From contig JBPRGF010000002.1 in NCBI GenBank assembly GCA_051418015.1, forward strand, positions 11,158 to 75,157: a stretch of 64,000 bases of DNA, written 5' to 3'. Below, one piece after another: positions 10,626 through 22,197 of the stretch; positions within the stretch are counted from its first letter, which is position 1; each line of letters begins with the position of its first letter. This DNA is from Candidatus Nitrospinota bacterium M3_3B_026. GTDB lineage: Bacteria; Nitrospinota_A; UBA7883; JBPRGF01. The notes beneath the pieces were generated by a model. It had not been told where the DNA came from. It worked only from the letters and a program-made list of their open reading frames with translations, and searched no databases. A program made the translations under genes and the position numbers.

Positions 10626-10701
10626 AGCCTAGCCGAGGGGCGGAGCGCAGGAGGATTTCGCGCCGCGGCGACAGGGGGGGAAGCCGCCGGGGAGCGCGGC
10701 G

Positions 10702-12123
<1,422 letters not shown>

Positions 12124-12296
12124 TTTTCAATATATCACATAAATTTTATCAACCGCCACAGCCGCGCTTGCCAAACACCGTTACAAACAATAGAATGCCA
12201 GAGTCCACGCGGAAAAAGCGCTCCGCCCGAGATGCGCGGACCCGGCGCGGCGGCGTTTTCATAATATCTTCTACAAAGCAGGGAGGGTGACGTCAG

Positions 12297-13694
12297 ATGC
12301 CGATCCAGGAAAGGTACCTTCTTAACACCGCGGATATACCGAAAAAGTGGTACAACATAATGGCGGACATGCCGAACCCGCCGCAGCCTCCCCTCCATCC
12401 CGGCACTGGGAATCCCGTGGGGCCGGACGACCTGGCGCCGCTTTTCCCGATGTCCCTGATCGAGCAGGAGGTGAGCGCCGAACGCTGGATCGACATACCG
12501 GAAGACATACTGAACATCCTGGCCATGTGGCGGCCCACGCCGTTGCACAGGGCGCGCAACCTGGAAAAAGAGCTGGGAACGCCCGCCAAAATTTTTTACA
12601 AGTACGAGGGCGTCTCCCCCGCCGGAAGCCACAAGCCGAACACCGCCGTGGCCCAGGCATACTACAACAAACAGGCGGGGATAAAGAAGATATCCACGGA
12701 GACCGGCGCGGGCCAGTGGGGCAGCGCCATGACCTTCGCCTGCCGCATGTTCGGGCTGGAGACTCTTGTCTACATGGTCAAGGTCAGCTACCAGCAAAAG
12801 CCCTACCGGCGCTCCATGATAAAGCTCTGGGGCGGCGACGTCATCCCCAGCCCGTCGGACACCACCGAGGCCGGGCGAGGGATACTGGCCCAGAACCCGG
12901 ACTCCACCGGCAGCCTGGGGATCGCCATCTCCGAGGCGGTGGAGGTCGCCGCGCAAAGCTCCGATACCAACTACTCCCTCGGCTCGGTGCTGAACCATGT
13001 ATTGACTCATCAGACGATAATAGGCATCGAGGCGGAGAAACAGATGAAGATGGCGGGCGCCTACCCGGACGTTGTCATAGGCTGCTGCGGCGGCGGGTCG
13101 AACTTCGCTGGCATAAGCAACGTCTTCATAAAGAACAAGATCGAAGGCAAAGAGGCGAAGGTCGTGGCCGTGGAGCCCGCAAGCTGCCCCACGCTGACCA
13201 AGGGGGTCTACTCCTACGACTTCGGCGACACGGCCCAGATGACACCGCTGATCGCCACGCACACCCTGGGGCATGACTTCGTCCCCCCAGGCATCCACGC
13301 GGGCGGCCTGCGCTACCATGCCGTGGCCCCCATCACCAGCCAGCTTCTAAACGACGGGCTTATCGAGGCGGCGGCCTACCCGCAGCTGGAATGCTTCGAG
13401 GCGGCGGTGACTTTTGCGCGGACGGAGGGGATCATCCCCGCGCCGGAGACCTCCCACGCCATCCGCCACGCCATCGTGGAGGCTTTGAAGGCGAAGGAGG
13501 AAGGGAAGGAGAAGACGATCCTGTTCAACCTGAGCGGCCACGGCCACTTCGACATGGGCGCCTACGACAACTATTTCGCGGGCGAGCTGGTGGACGACCG
13601 CATGGACGAGGCTGGCATCGACAGCGCCCTGAAGGCGATAGAGAGCCTGCCCAAACCGCCGGGCTACACGGGCAAATCCGGCGCGGCGGCGTAA
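12297..13694 (+). CDS. trpB2: TrpB2-type tryptophan synthase beta-like PLP enzyme
   Basis: [50 protein letters not shown]; stand-alone gene. Confidence 0.92.
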   Translation: MPIQERYLLNTADIPKKWYNIMADMPNPPQPPLHPGTGNPVGPDDLAPLFPMSLIEQEVSAERWIDIPEDILNILAMWRPTPLHRARNLEKELGTPAKIFYKYEGVSPAGSHKPNTAVAQAYYNKQAGIKKISTETGAGQWGSAMTFACRMFGLETLVYMVKVSYQQKPYRRSMIKLWGGDVIPSPSDTTEAGRGILAQNPDSTGSLGIAISEAVEVAAQSSDTNYSLGSVLNHVLTHQTIIGIEAEKQMKMAGAYPDVVIGCCGGGSNFAGISNVFIKNKIEGKEAKVVAVEPASCPTLTKGVYSYDFGDTAQMTPLIATHTLGHDFVPPGIHAGGLRYHAVAPITSQLLNDGLIEAAAYPQLECFEAAVTFARTEGIIPAPETSHAIRHAIVEALKAKEEGKEKTILFNLSGHGHFDMGAYDNYFAGELVDDRMDEAGIDSALKAIESLPKPPGYTGKSGAAA

Positions 13695-13728
13695 AGGCGC
13701 GGCCGCGCGTCCTCGCGTGTCATCCTCG

Positions 13729-15609
13729 TCACGGGTTCGTGCAGTTCACGCCGTCCGTCGGGTCGTCAATAGCGCCTGTTCCATCGTTGTTGATGTCGAC
13801 GGCGGTTCCAAGGCCGCCAAAGCCGTTGGGAAGGCATACGCCGCCGACCACCGAGTTGCCGGGGCCGCAGATCAAAGTGTCCGCCTCCGCGCAGGACATG
13901 GTGGTGGGGAGGGGTTGGTAGAGCAACAGTGAGTTCACGTTAACCAGAGTAGTCAGGCTGTCCACGTTGCCAACCCCCTGCACGCCGATGTTGTTGTTGT
14001 TAAGTCTAAGGTTCGTCAGGCTGGTCAGACCGGACAGCGGCGACACGTCCACGATCTGGTTGTCGTAAAGGTACAGCATCGTCAGGTTCGTGAGGCCGGA
14101 CAGCGGCGACACGTCCACGATCTGGTTGCTGCGAAGGTACAGCGTCGTCAGGCCGGTGAGGCCGGACAGCGGGGACAAGTCCGCGATCTGGTTGCTGCTA
14201 AGGTACAGCCACGTCAGATTGGTCAAGCCGGACAGCGGCGACACGTCCACGATCTGGTTGCCGTAAAGGGAGAGCGACGTCAGGCCGGTGAGGCCCGACA
14301 ACGGCGACACGTCCACGATCTGGTTGCTACTAAGGTACAGCTTCGTCAGGCTGGTAAGGCCGGACAGCGGCGACACGTCCACGATCTGGTTGGTGAAAAG
14401 GTACAACTCCGTCAGGCTGGTGAGGCCGGACAGCGGCGACACGTCCGCGATCTGGTTTTCCTGAAGGTGTAACGTCGTCAGATTGGTCAAGCCGGACAGC
14501 GGCGACACGTCCACGATCAGGTGGTGTCGCAGGTCCAGCCACGTCAGGCTGGTGAAGCTCTCCAGTCCGGAAAGATCGGCGATAATGCCCCCGCCGCCGC
14601 AATCCAAATTCTGCGCGTCGCTGGCGCAGGTCCAGCCATTGTTGCTGGCGGCCAGGTTCACGCAGGTTCCAAGGTTGATGTCCGGGAAGGTTATATCCGC
14701 GATGGTGACGCAGGCGTCACATGCGTCGCCCGTCCCGTCGCTGTCCGCGTCGGCCTGGTCGGGGTTGGCGGTGTTCGGGCAGTTGTCGACGCCGTCCTCT
14801 ATCCCGTCGCCGTCGCTGTCCACGATACCCGACGCGGGAGTGGCGCACATCTGATCGCCCATCCGGCTCTCGCGGGTGACCTTCCTCCACCCCGTCAGGC
14901 CGAAACAGTACTCGGCGCCGTTGGTCAGCCCCGTGACGGTGTATCCGGTCAAGCCGCGCCAGACGTCGATGCGCGGGGAGTCGTACGCCGCCGGGCCGCC
15001 CTGTTGGTAGTAGAGGAAATAGTTCTGTAGCTCGTTGTCCGGGGCGCCGGAGTCCGACGGCGTGTTCCATGTCACCGTCACCTGCCCGTCGCCCGCCGCC
15101 GCGCTTGTCACGTGTGTCAGCTTCGGCTCCGGCAGGGAGCCGCCGGAGTCATCGCCATCGCCGTCGTCATCGCCAGAGCCGCCGTTCGGCGTGATGGGAT
15201 CTTCGGGCGTCCACAGAACCGTCTCGCCGTCCGGGCAGTACTGGGTGAGCATGAGGTAGTAGCCCACGCCGTTTTCGAGTCCGTTTATCGTGTAAGGGCT
15301 GGTGACCTTCTCGAACATCGCCCCGTGCGGCAGGGTGTCCCAGTTATCCGGCGAGATGGAAGGATCCGAGGCTACGTAAAGATTGTACCAGCAGCCATCC
15401 TCCAGGGCTTGGACCCTCGCCTGGGCCTGCTCCTCCCATGACACGACCACCTGCCCGTCGCCGGGCTCCACCACGACGTTGACCGCGGCGCCCGGATTTT
15501 CCGTATCACCGCCATCGCCCGGCGATGACGACGAGCCGCAGGAGGCGAGCTGGAGCATCGCGGGGATGACGAGGATCAGCAGTGCGGAAAGTATATGTTT
15601 GCGTGTCAT
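13729..15609 (-). CDS. internalin-like LRR surface lipoprotein with FN3 and thrombospondin type 3 repeats
   Basis: Lipobox LASC, two FN3-like segments (GDGQV.V.W...GL.NG..Y), DSDGDGIEDGVDNCP..ANPDQADADSDG TSP3 repeat, FPDINL LRR cap and 22-aa LRRs. Confidence 0.85.
   Translation of the reverse strand: MTRKHILSALLILVIPAMLQLASCGSSSSPGDGGDTENPGAAVNVVVEPGDGQVVVSWEEQAQARVQALEDGCWYNLYVASDPSISPDNWDTLPHGAMFEKVTSPYTINGLENGVGYYLMLTQYCPDGETVLWTPEDPITPNGGSGDDDGDGDDSGGSLPEPKLTHVTSAAAGDGQVTVTWNTPSDSGAPDNELQNYFLYYQQGGPAAYDSPRIDVWRGLTGYTVTGLTNGAEYCFGLTGWRKVTRESRMGDQMCATPASGIVDSDGDGIEDGVDNCPNTANPDQADADSDGTGDACDACVTIADITFPDINLGTCVNLAASNNGWTCASDAQNLDCGGGGIIADLSGLESFTSLTWLDLRHHLIVDVSPLSGLTNLTTLHLQENQIADVSPLSGLTSLTELYLFTNQIVDVSPLSGLTSLTKLYLSSNQIVDVSPLSGLTGLTSLSLYGNQIVDVSPLSGLTNLTWLYLSSNQIADLSPLSGLTGLTTLYLRSNQIVDVSPLSGLTNLTMLYLYDNQIVDVSPLSGLTSLTNLRLNNNNIGVQGVGNVDSLTTLVNVNSLLLYQPLPTTMSCAEADTLICGPGNSVVGGVCLPNGFGGLGTAVDINNDGTGAIDDPTDGVNCTNP
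13990..14565 (-). repeat. 66-bp tandem repeat encoding ~8.5 LRR units
   Basis: Repeated CCGGACAGCGGCGACACGTCCACGATCTGGTT core every 66 bp (LSGLTxLTxLxLxxNQIVDVSP). Confidence 0.9.
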
Positions 15610-15648
15610 GTTTTTTTCTCCTGGTGGCGCGGTTGTTAATTGTCTGAT

Positions 15649-15865
15649 CGTCATTCCAAGGCCCTTCGGCGCCGCATGAGGTAAACTCCGCCGAAGAATT
15701 CCGCTCCATTCCCTCCCCCTCGACGGGGGAGCTTTTAACCTCCTCCCCCTTAGACGGGGGAGGATCGAGGTGGGGGTGATGTGATTTATTCATACACCCT
15801 CCCCTTATGTCCCCTCCCGTCAAGGGAGGGGAATTGTTATTCCGAGGCGTAAGCCGAAGAATCCC
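15649..15865. repeat. cluster of REP-like GC-rich palindromes
   Basis: Hairpins CTCCCCC-tcgac-GGGGGAG, CCTCCCCC-ttagac-GGGGGAGG and CCCCTCCC-gtcaa-GGGAGGGG, plus a TGTTATTCCGAGGCGTAAGCCGAAGAATCCC unit. Confidence 0.7.
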
Positions 15866-16134
15866 TCTTTGTGTCCGGCGCGAGACCCCTCGCTGGCCCC
15901 ATTTAAATGAATATCCCCACGGCTCGCGAAAAACCACCCTACGAAAGTAGGATTTTTCGAGAACGCCTCCGGCGGCGGGGAGCGGCGGTAAGCGACGGTA
16001 AATCTTGCGCATACAAACAGATAGCGCCAACGGGAGGCTCGGGACGGGAAAAATGTCTTGCCCTCCGTTCCTCAAAGGTGTAAGAAAAATGATTGAGAGT
16101 GGCCCATTCCCAGGAAACTTCAGGGGCAAGCAAA

Positions 16135-16932
16135 ATGGGGAACGCGGACGGGGTTTCCGCCTCGTCGCTGAAAAAAGTTTTAAGTCTGCTCGAAGCGCTG
16201 TACGCCGCCGGGGACACAGCAAGCGCCGTCAACTTGTTTTTCGACGAGATCGGCGCGCTCGTGCCGCACGAGACGGCGGTCTACTTTCCACTGGATCTCA
16301 AGAGAGGCGGTCTGCCGTCCTGCGGCGGGCATGTCTGTAAAAACATGGACGACGGCGGCAAATCCTCCGTGTTGTACGGAGCGCGCTACGGCGCCATGGA
16401 CCCCCTTGTAAAATTAGGCGCGCAATCCTTGAACTGCGCGCTCAAGAACACCGACATAACGCCCATGAGCAGGATCATGGACGGAGAGCTCTATTGCGAC
16501 TTTTTAAAACCCCTCGGGTTAGCCTACGTCATCGCCGCGGCGTTGAGCTCCAACGGCATGCCGATAGGCGGAATCAGCCTGCACAGGCCGCCCGGCTCGA
16601 AGGATTTCACGGACTCCGAGAAGGCCGTCCTGACCCTCCTTGCGCCCCACCTGGCCCGCGCCATACACAACCATGAGAGCCGTGAGATCGGGCTGGATAT
16701 CACCGCGCGCCTTGGGTTGGGGGAAGAGAACGGGGCGGCGGGCGCTTCCGGCCTCATCACCCGGCGCGAGGCGGAGGTGGCCGCCCTTGCGGCGCGGGGG
16801 CTGAAAAACCGCGAGATCGCGGAAACGCTTTTCATCGCCGAGCAGACCGTCAAGGACCACCTGCTGTCCATATACAGGAAGACCGGAGTCAACAGCCGCT
16901 CCGCCCTCGTGGCGAGACTTTTTTCGCGTTAG
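16135..16932 (+). CDS. LuxR-family transcriptional regulator with GAF-like N-terminal domain
   Basis: C-terminal ITRREAEVAALAARGLKNREIAETLFIAEQTVKDHLLSIYRKTGVNSR; N-terminal LHR...DFTDSE..L..LAPHL GAF-like segment. Confidence 0.88.
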   Translation: MGNADGVSASSLKKVLSLLEALYAAGDTASAVNLFFDEIGALVPHETAVYFPLDLKRGGLPSCGGHVCKNMDDGGKSSVLYGARYGAMDPLVKLGAQSLNCALKNTDITPMSRIMDGELYCDFLKPLGLAYVIAAALSSNGMPIGGISLHRPPGSKDFTDSEKAVLTLLAPHLARAIHNHESREIGLDITARLGLGEENGAAGASGLITRREAEVAALAARGLKNREIAETLFIAEQTVKDHLLSIYRKTGVNSRSALVARLFSR

Positions 16933-16940
16933 AGGCCACC

Positions 16941-17741
16941 TCAGCCCAGGCCAACGTCGAGGGTCATCATGACGGTAAAACCTGTCATCAGGCCAGCCGT
17001 GGCGAGGTGTGAATTGCCGTTTCGCTGCGATTCGGGGATGACCTCCTCGGCGACGACGAAGATCATCGCCCCCGCCGCGAAGGCCAGCGCGTAAGGCAGG
17101 ACCGGCTCGGACAGGAACACGACGGCGGCCCCGATAACCCCCGCCGCAGGCTCCACGGCGCCGGACAGCTGGCCGTACCAGAAGCTTTTCGCTTTAGAGA
17201 GCCCCTCGCGGCGCAACGGGACGGAGACGGCCATCCCCTCGGGAAAATTCTGTATCCCGATGCCGAAAGCAAGCGCCACAGCCGCCGCGAAGGTCGCCTC
17301 CGGCATACCCGCCGCCGCGGCACCGAAGGCCACGCCCACGGCCAGCCCCTCGGGGATGTTGTGCAGCGTGATGGCCAGGATCAGCAGGGTACTCCGCCGC
17401 CAGGGGGTTTTGACCCCTTCGATCTCCGTGGCGGGCGCGCCGGGATGCAGGTGAGGGAGCGTCCAATCCACGAGCCTTAAAAAGACCCCCCCGGCCATAA
17501 ACCCGACCGCCGCAGGAAACCAGGCGGGGACGCTCCCGTCGCCGGACATCTCGATCGCCGGGGCGAGCAACGACCAGTAGCTGGCCGCTATCATCACGCC
17601 CCCGGCGAACCCGAGCATGAGGTCCAGCGTCCTGCGGCTCATCTCCCTTCCCAGGAAGACCGCCGCCGCGCCCAGGGCGGTCAGCCCCCACGTGAAAAGC
17701 GTCGCGATGAGCGCCTGCCAGACGGGATGAAGGCTTTCCAT
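16941..17741 (-). CDS. ZIP-family (GufA/ZupT) metal transporter
   Basis: GFAGGVMIAASYWSLL, AITLHNIPEGLAVGV, IQNFPEG, AFAAGAMIFVV.EE.IPE. Confidence 0.92.
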   Translation of the reverse strand: MESLHPVWQALIATLFTWGLTALGAAAVFLGREMSRRTLDLMLGFAGGVMIAASYWSLLAPAIEMSGDGSVPAWFPAAVGFMAGGVFLRLVDWTLPHLHPGAPATEIEGVKTPWRRSTLLILAITLHNIPEGLAVGVAFGAAAAGMPEATFAAAVALAFGIGIQNFPEGMAVSVPLRREGLSKAKSFWYGQLSGAVEPAAGVIGAAVVFLSEPVLPYALAFAAGAMIFVVAEEVIPESQRNGNSHLATAGLMTGFTVMMTLDVGLG

Positions 17742-17913
17742 GGGAAAATCGCCGGGATTAAAAAGACGCTGTCACCGCAAGGCCGCTTTCAAAAAGTCGC
17801 CCCAAGCCGAACTACTGCGCGCAAGGGGCTCTGAAAAATCCCGCGCCCGCCGCAAAAAATGTCACCCTGAGCCGGAGGCGAAGGATCCCGCGCGCCTTTG
17901 CCGGGACTGGCGG

Positions 17914-18333
17914 CTACTCGATGACTGTATTCAGGTCCCGCTCGTGCTCCTCTTCCTGGATCAGGATATCCTCGAGGGTCCTTCTAAGGCCGTACTCACG
18001 CAGGCTCTCGGCCTCGGCTATCCTCTCCTTGTAATCGGAGATGGCTCGCAACTCGCCTTTCAGGTCCTGCTTGAGCATCTCGAGGCTGTTCGTCGAGGTC
18101 TCGATATCCTCCACCTTCACCGTCGGCGTCCCCCCCAGGTAGTCGATCTGCTCCGAGAGCATGATGGCGTGCTGAATCTCCTCGTTGGCGTGGATCAAAA
18201 GCTCCTTCTGGATCGACTCGTACTGGGCGCCGGTGATGACCGAGGCGTGCTGTATGTACTGGATGGCCGCGGCGTACTCCCACTCCACGTCCTTGTTGAG
18301 CTTGGCTATCAGCTCTTCCTTCGTTATGCTCAT
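17914..18333 (-). CDS. ferritin/bacterioferritin-like protein
   Basis: Di-iron motifs EYAA..QY, EE.QHA, E.RAI..Y, EEEH; IDYLGGTP. Confidence 0.88.
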   Translation of the reverse strand: MSITKEELIAKLNKDVEWEYAAAIQYIQHASVITGAQYESIQKELLIHANEEIQHAIMLSEQIDYLGGTPTVKVEDIETSTNSLEMLKQDLKGELRAISDYKERIAEAESLREYGLRRTLEDILIQEEEHERDLNTVIE

Positions 18334-18435
18334 GCTCCCTCCTCATGGTGAAGACTCGTGGTTCGGTTAAGTATGATATATCATCTCCATGATGTATATA
18401 ACCGAAAAGGGATTCCTTAAAGCGCGGAAGCCGGT

Positions 18436-19074
18436 TTGAAGAAAGCGACAGTCCTGGAGAACATCCCCTTCACCATCGAGCAGGTCCGCGTCCTGCGGGA
18501 GATGAAGATCCCCCACGTAAAAAGCCTGGACGAAATCGAGGAAAAGCCGCTGGCCGGCGCCATAGGAAAGGCGATAGACAAAGCCTACACCCTGATCCAC
18601 GGCCGCGGCGTGTTCAAGACCTGCAGGCTGACCGGCGTCGAGGCCGGCGCCGTGCGCGGGGAGGGCGTGGGGGATGTCTTTTCCGGCCCGGCGATGGTTA
18701 AGCTTCTCGGCGGATGCGATTTCGCCACGCTGCTGGCCTGCACCATCGGCCCGGAGCTGGAGGCGGAGGTGGAGCGGCTGGAGGAGGCGCAGGATATGAC
18801 CGGCGCCTACATCCTGGACATGATCGGCGGCTGGATGGCCGACTACATGGCCGACCGCGTGGACGAGCGGGTGGAGCGGGAGATCAGGCGCGCGGGCTAC
18901 GAGAGGACAATGCGCTACTCCCCCGGCTACGGCGACTGGACGCTGGAGCGCCAGCCGGACGTCTTGCGGCTCGCCGAGGCGGAGAGGATAGGGATACGCC
19001 TGACCGAGACGAACATAATGATCCCCAGAAAATCCGTCTCCGCCGTGATCGGCTGGAAGCCTAAGACGGGTTGA
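18436..19074 (+). CDS. stand-alone B12-dependent methionine synthase activation-domain protein
   Basis: ACTIG, RYSPGYGDW, IGIRLTE..IMIPRKSVSAVIG. Confidence 0.85.
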   Translation: MKKATVLENIPFTIEQVRVLREMKIPHVKSLDEIEEKPLAGAIGKAIDKAYTLIHGRGVFKTCRLTGVEAGAVRGEGVGDVFSGPAMVKLLGGCDFATLLACTIGPELEAEVERLEEAQDMTGAYILDMIGGWMADYMADRVDERVEREIRRAGYERTMRYSPGYGDWTLERQPDVLRLAEAERIGIRLTETNIMIPRKSVSAVIGWKPKTG

Positions 19075-19203
19075 CGCGCCCATGGCCGGGCCGGGAAAAT
19101 GTTTGCGCTTATCCAAAAGTTCTTTTAACGTATACGCCGTGCCCGATGATTGAGCGTATGCCTGTTGAATATTGTTTTTTAACCTGAAAATCAAACGTTG
19201 CAT

Positions 19204-21618
19204 ATGTCTTTCCTTTCCGATCTTGAAGAGAGGATACTGATCCTCGACGGCTCCATGGGGGCGCTGTTGCAGAGCCGCGGCCTGCCGCCCGGCCATGCGC
19301 CGGACCTTTGGAACATCGAGAACCCTTCGAGGGTGAAAGAGGCCCACCGCCAGTACGCCGAAGCGGGGGCGGACATCATCATCACGAACACCTTCGGCGC
19401 CTCCCGCCTGCGTCTTTCCGAGTACGGCGCGGAGGGCAAGCTGAGACAGATCAACCACGCCGCCGTCAGGATCGCCCGGGAGGCGGCGCCGGGCCGGTAT
19501 ATCGCAGGCAACGTCGGCCCCCTGGGGGGGATCATGGCCCCGGCGGGGGACATCTCCTTCGATGACGGCGTCGCCATCTTCCGGGAGCAGATAGAGGCGT
19601 TGCTCGACGCTGGGGTGGACCTTATCGCCGTGGAGACGCTGTTCGACCTGATGGAGGCCCGCGCCGCCGCCATCGCCGCCAACGAGGTCCGCGGCCGCGT
19701 CCCCCTGCTCGTCTCGATGACATACAACGCCGACGGGATCACCGACACCGGCACCGACCCCGTCACCGCCTCGGCCGTCCTGGAGAGCCTGGGGGTGGAC
19801 ATCATCGGCGTGAACTGCTCCACCGGCCCGGAGCCGATGACCGCCACGGTGGAGAGGCTCGCCGCCGCCACGTCCCTGCCCGTCTCAGTGGAGCCGAACG
19901 CGGGCCTGCCGGTGAACCGCGGCGGGGTGACGGTCTTCGAGATGCCGATGGAGAAGCTGGCCTCCTACGCTAAACCCTTCGCCGAGGCCGGGGCGAACAT
20001 CGTCGGCGGCTGCTGCGGCTCCACGCCGGACTATATAAGCATGATCGCCTCCAGCCTGAATGGCCTCAGGCCCAGGAAGAGAGACAACCCGAAGATATTC
20101 TCCTTCACCAGCAGGATGATGACCCTCCAGGCGGGCGACGGGCTGCCCTTCGTGAAGATCGGGGAGAAGATAAACCCCACCGGCCGGAAAAAGTTCGCCG
20201 AGTCCATCAAGGATGGGAAGATGGACATGGCGCTGGCCGACGCGCGAGGACAGCTCGACGCGGGCGCGATGGCGCTGGACGTGAACGTGGGCGTGCCCCT
20301 GATCGACGAGGCGGCGATGATGGAGAAGGCCGTGACGGCCATCCAGAACGTGGCGCCCCTGCCGCTTGTCATAGACAGCTCGAGCGCGGAGGCCATCGAG
20401 GCGGGGCTGAAGGTCTACCCCGGCAAGGCGCTGGTCAACTCCATCAACGGCGAGGAAGAGAAGCTGGAGGCTATCACACCCATCATCAAAAAACACGGCG
20501 CGTCGGTCATCGCCCTGCTGGCCGGGGATGAGATACCGGAGAAGGCGGCGGACAGGCTGAAGATCGCCGAGAAGATACTCAGATACCTGGAGGATCACGG
20601 TGTGCCGCCGGAGAGGGTGATGTTCGACTGCCTGGCCCTGGTGGTATCCGCCATGCAAGAGGGCTCGCGGCAGACGCTGGAGACGATCCGGGAGGTCAAG
20701 CGCCAGTTCGGCTGTCCAACGATAGCGGGGGTGTCCAACGTCTCCTTCGGCCTGCCGGAGAGAAAGACGATAAACAACGCCTTCCTGGCCATGGCCATGG
20801 GCGCCGGGCTGGACGCGGCGATAGTGAACCCCTACGACGAACAGATGAACAGGACAGCCGCCGCCGCCTCGCTCTTTAGCGGCAGGGACCCCGGATGCCG
20901 GGCCTACATGGAGACGATTGAGGAGGCCGAAGGCACACCGGAAAAAAAAGAGAAGGCGGGGCCGAAGACACCAAGGGAAAAGGTCTACGACGCCGTTCTG
21001 GAGGGCGACAGGGACTCCATAGAGGATCTGACCAGGGAGGCCCTGGAAGCGGGGGAGGACGCCATGGCCCTTTTCGTGGATGTCATGACCCCCGCCATCC
21101 GCCGCCTGGGCGATCTTTTCGGCCAGCGCAAGAAGTTCATACCCCATCTCGTCGCCGCCGCGGAGGCCATGAAAAAGGGCGTGGCGGTGCTGGATCCCAT
21201 CCTGAAGAAAGGCGGCGGAGCGAAGGAGAAAGGGGTTATCGTCTTCGCCACGGTGAAAGGGGACATCCACGACATCGGCAAAAACGTCTGCTCCATCATG
21301 CTGTCGAACTTCGGCTACAGGGTGGTGGACCTCGGCAAGAACGTCCCGGCGGAGGACATCCTGAAAGCAGCTGATGACAACGGCGCGCATATCATCGCGC
21401 TGTCGGCGCTCATGACGACCACCATGACGCAGATGAAGATAATCGTGGACGAGGTGAAGCGGAACGGCCTGCCGTACAAGGTGATGGTCGGCGGCGCGGT
21501 GGTCACGAAATCCTTCGCCGACGAGATCGGCGCGGACGCCTACGGCAAAGACGTCGGGGAAGTGACACCCGTGGCGGACTCGCTGATGAAGAAACTCGCC
21601 GGGGAGCGCCGGGCGTGA
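19204..21618 (+). CDS. metH: B12-dependent methionine synthase core (Hcy-binding, pterin-binding and cobalamin-binding domains)
   Basis: LDGSMG, TNTFGA, GVNCS, GGCCGSTP, IGEKINPTG, GVSNVSFG, GDIHDIGKN, LSALMTTT; no C-terminal activation domain. Confidence 0.92.
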   Translation: MSFLSDLEERILILDGSMGALLQSRGLPPGHAPDLWNIENPSRVKEAHRQYAEAGADIIITNTFGASRLRLSEYGAEGKLRQINHAAVRIAREAAPGRYIAGNVGPLGGIMAPAGDISFDDGVAIFREQIEALLDAGVDLIAVETLFDLMEARAAAIAANEVRGRVPLLVSMTYNADGITDTGTDPVTASAVLESLGVDIIGVNCSTGPEPMTATVERLAAATSLPVSVEPNAGLPVNRGGVTVFEMPMEKLASYAKPFAEAGANIVGGCCGSTPDYISMIASSLNGLRPRKRDNPKIFSFTSRMMTLQAGDGLPFVKIGEKINPTGRKKFAESIKDGKMDMALADARGQLDAGAMALDVNVGVPLIDEAAMMEKAVTAIQNVAPLPLVIDSSSAEAIEAGLKVYPGKALVNSINGEEEKLEAITPIIKKHGASVIALLAGDEIPEKAADRLKIAEKILRYLEDHGVPPERVMFDCLALVVSAMQEGSRQTLETIREVKRQFGCPTIAGVSNVSFGLPERKTINNAFLAMAMGAGLDAAIVNPYDEQMNRTAAAASLFSGRDPGCRAYMETIEEAEGTPEKKEKAGPKTPREKVYDAVLEGDRDSIEDLTREALEAGEDAMALFVDVMTPAIRRLGDLFGQRKKFIPHLVAAAEAMKKGVAVLDPILKKGGGAKEKGVIVFATVKGDIHDIGKNVCSIMLSNFGYRVVDLGKNVPAEDILKAADDNGAHIIALSALMTTTMTQMKIIVDEVKRNGLPYKVMVGGAVVTKSFADEIGADAYGKDVGEVTPVADSLMKKLAGERRA

Positions 21619-22181
21619 GCCGCTCCCTGCCCCTCCTCGGCCTCGCGCTGTCGGCGCTTCTCGCCGCGGCCTGCGCCAAGCCGATCGCATACAGGTACTG
21701 GAACGTCTATTCCATGGTCGAGCCGGTAACCGCGAGCGACAAGACCTACCGGGACGAGAACATCGCCGTCAGGTTCTGGATAGACGAGAAAAAGATACAC
21801 CTGTGGCTTGAGAACCTCACCGGCGAGCCCATGGTCATAGACTGGGCTGGCGGAGAGTTCGTCAACGTGGACGGGGTGGAGTACTCCATAGCGAATATCG
21901 ACTCCATCTTCACCGGCGGCAGGGGCGGCCCCGCCCCCACCACCATCCCGCCCGGCGGAAAGATCGCCGATCTGGTGGCCCCTGTGGCCAACGTGGAAAA
22001 GCTCGAGGAGTGGACATGGTACGTCTACCCGTTGTTCAACCTCGTAGACAAGTCCGCCTACGACAACAAAGGGAAAATCTTCGGCCTGAACCTCCCCATC
22101 AGGGCAAAAGGGGAGTGGAAGACCTACTCCTTCAGGTTCGAGGTGACGAACGTCGTACCCATAGTGAGACGGGCGGGCTGA
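21615..22181 (+). CDS. hypothetical lipoprotein
   Basis: Lipobox AAAC; GTG start overlaps the metH stop (GTGA); host-like codon usage. Confidence 0.75.
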   Translation: MSRSLPLLGLALSALLAAACAKPIAYRYWNVYSMVEPVTASDKTYRDENIAVRFWIDEKKIHLWLENLTGEPMVIDWAGGEFVNVDGVEYSIANIDSIFTGGRGGPAPTTIPPGGKIADLVAPVANVEKLEEWTWYVYPLFNLVDKSAYDNKGKIFGLNLPIRAKGEWKTYSFRFEVTNVVPIVRRAG

Positions 22182-22197
22182 CGGAGACGGGGACGGC

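Noticed and set aside
13990..14565. Regularly spaced repeats with variable intervening sequence, superficially like a CRISPR array
   Set aside because: The period is exactly 66 bp and in frame within an LRR CDS, the 'spacers' are mutually similar, and no cas genes are present.
19075..19200. Cobalamin or SAM riboswitch upstream of metH
   Set aside because: The spacer is short and AT-rich, and I could not recognise B12-box or S-box consensus elements.
19885..21690. Long antisense ORFs (also 8927-10216, 10780-12063, 38592-40385, 41564-42994 and others)
   Set aside because: Shadow frames opposite well-supported genes in high-GC DNA, with no recognisable motifs.
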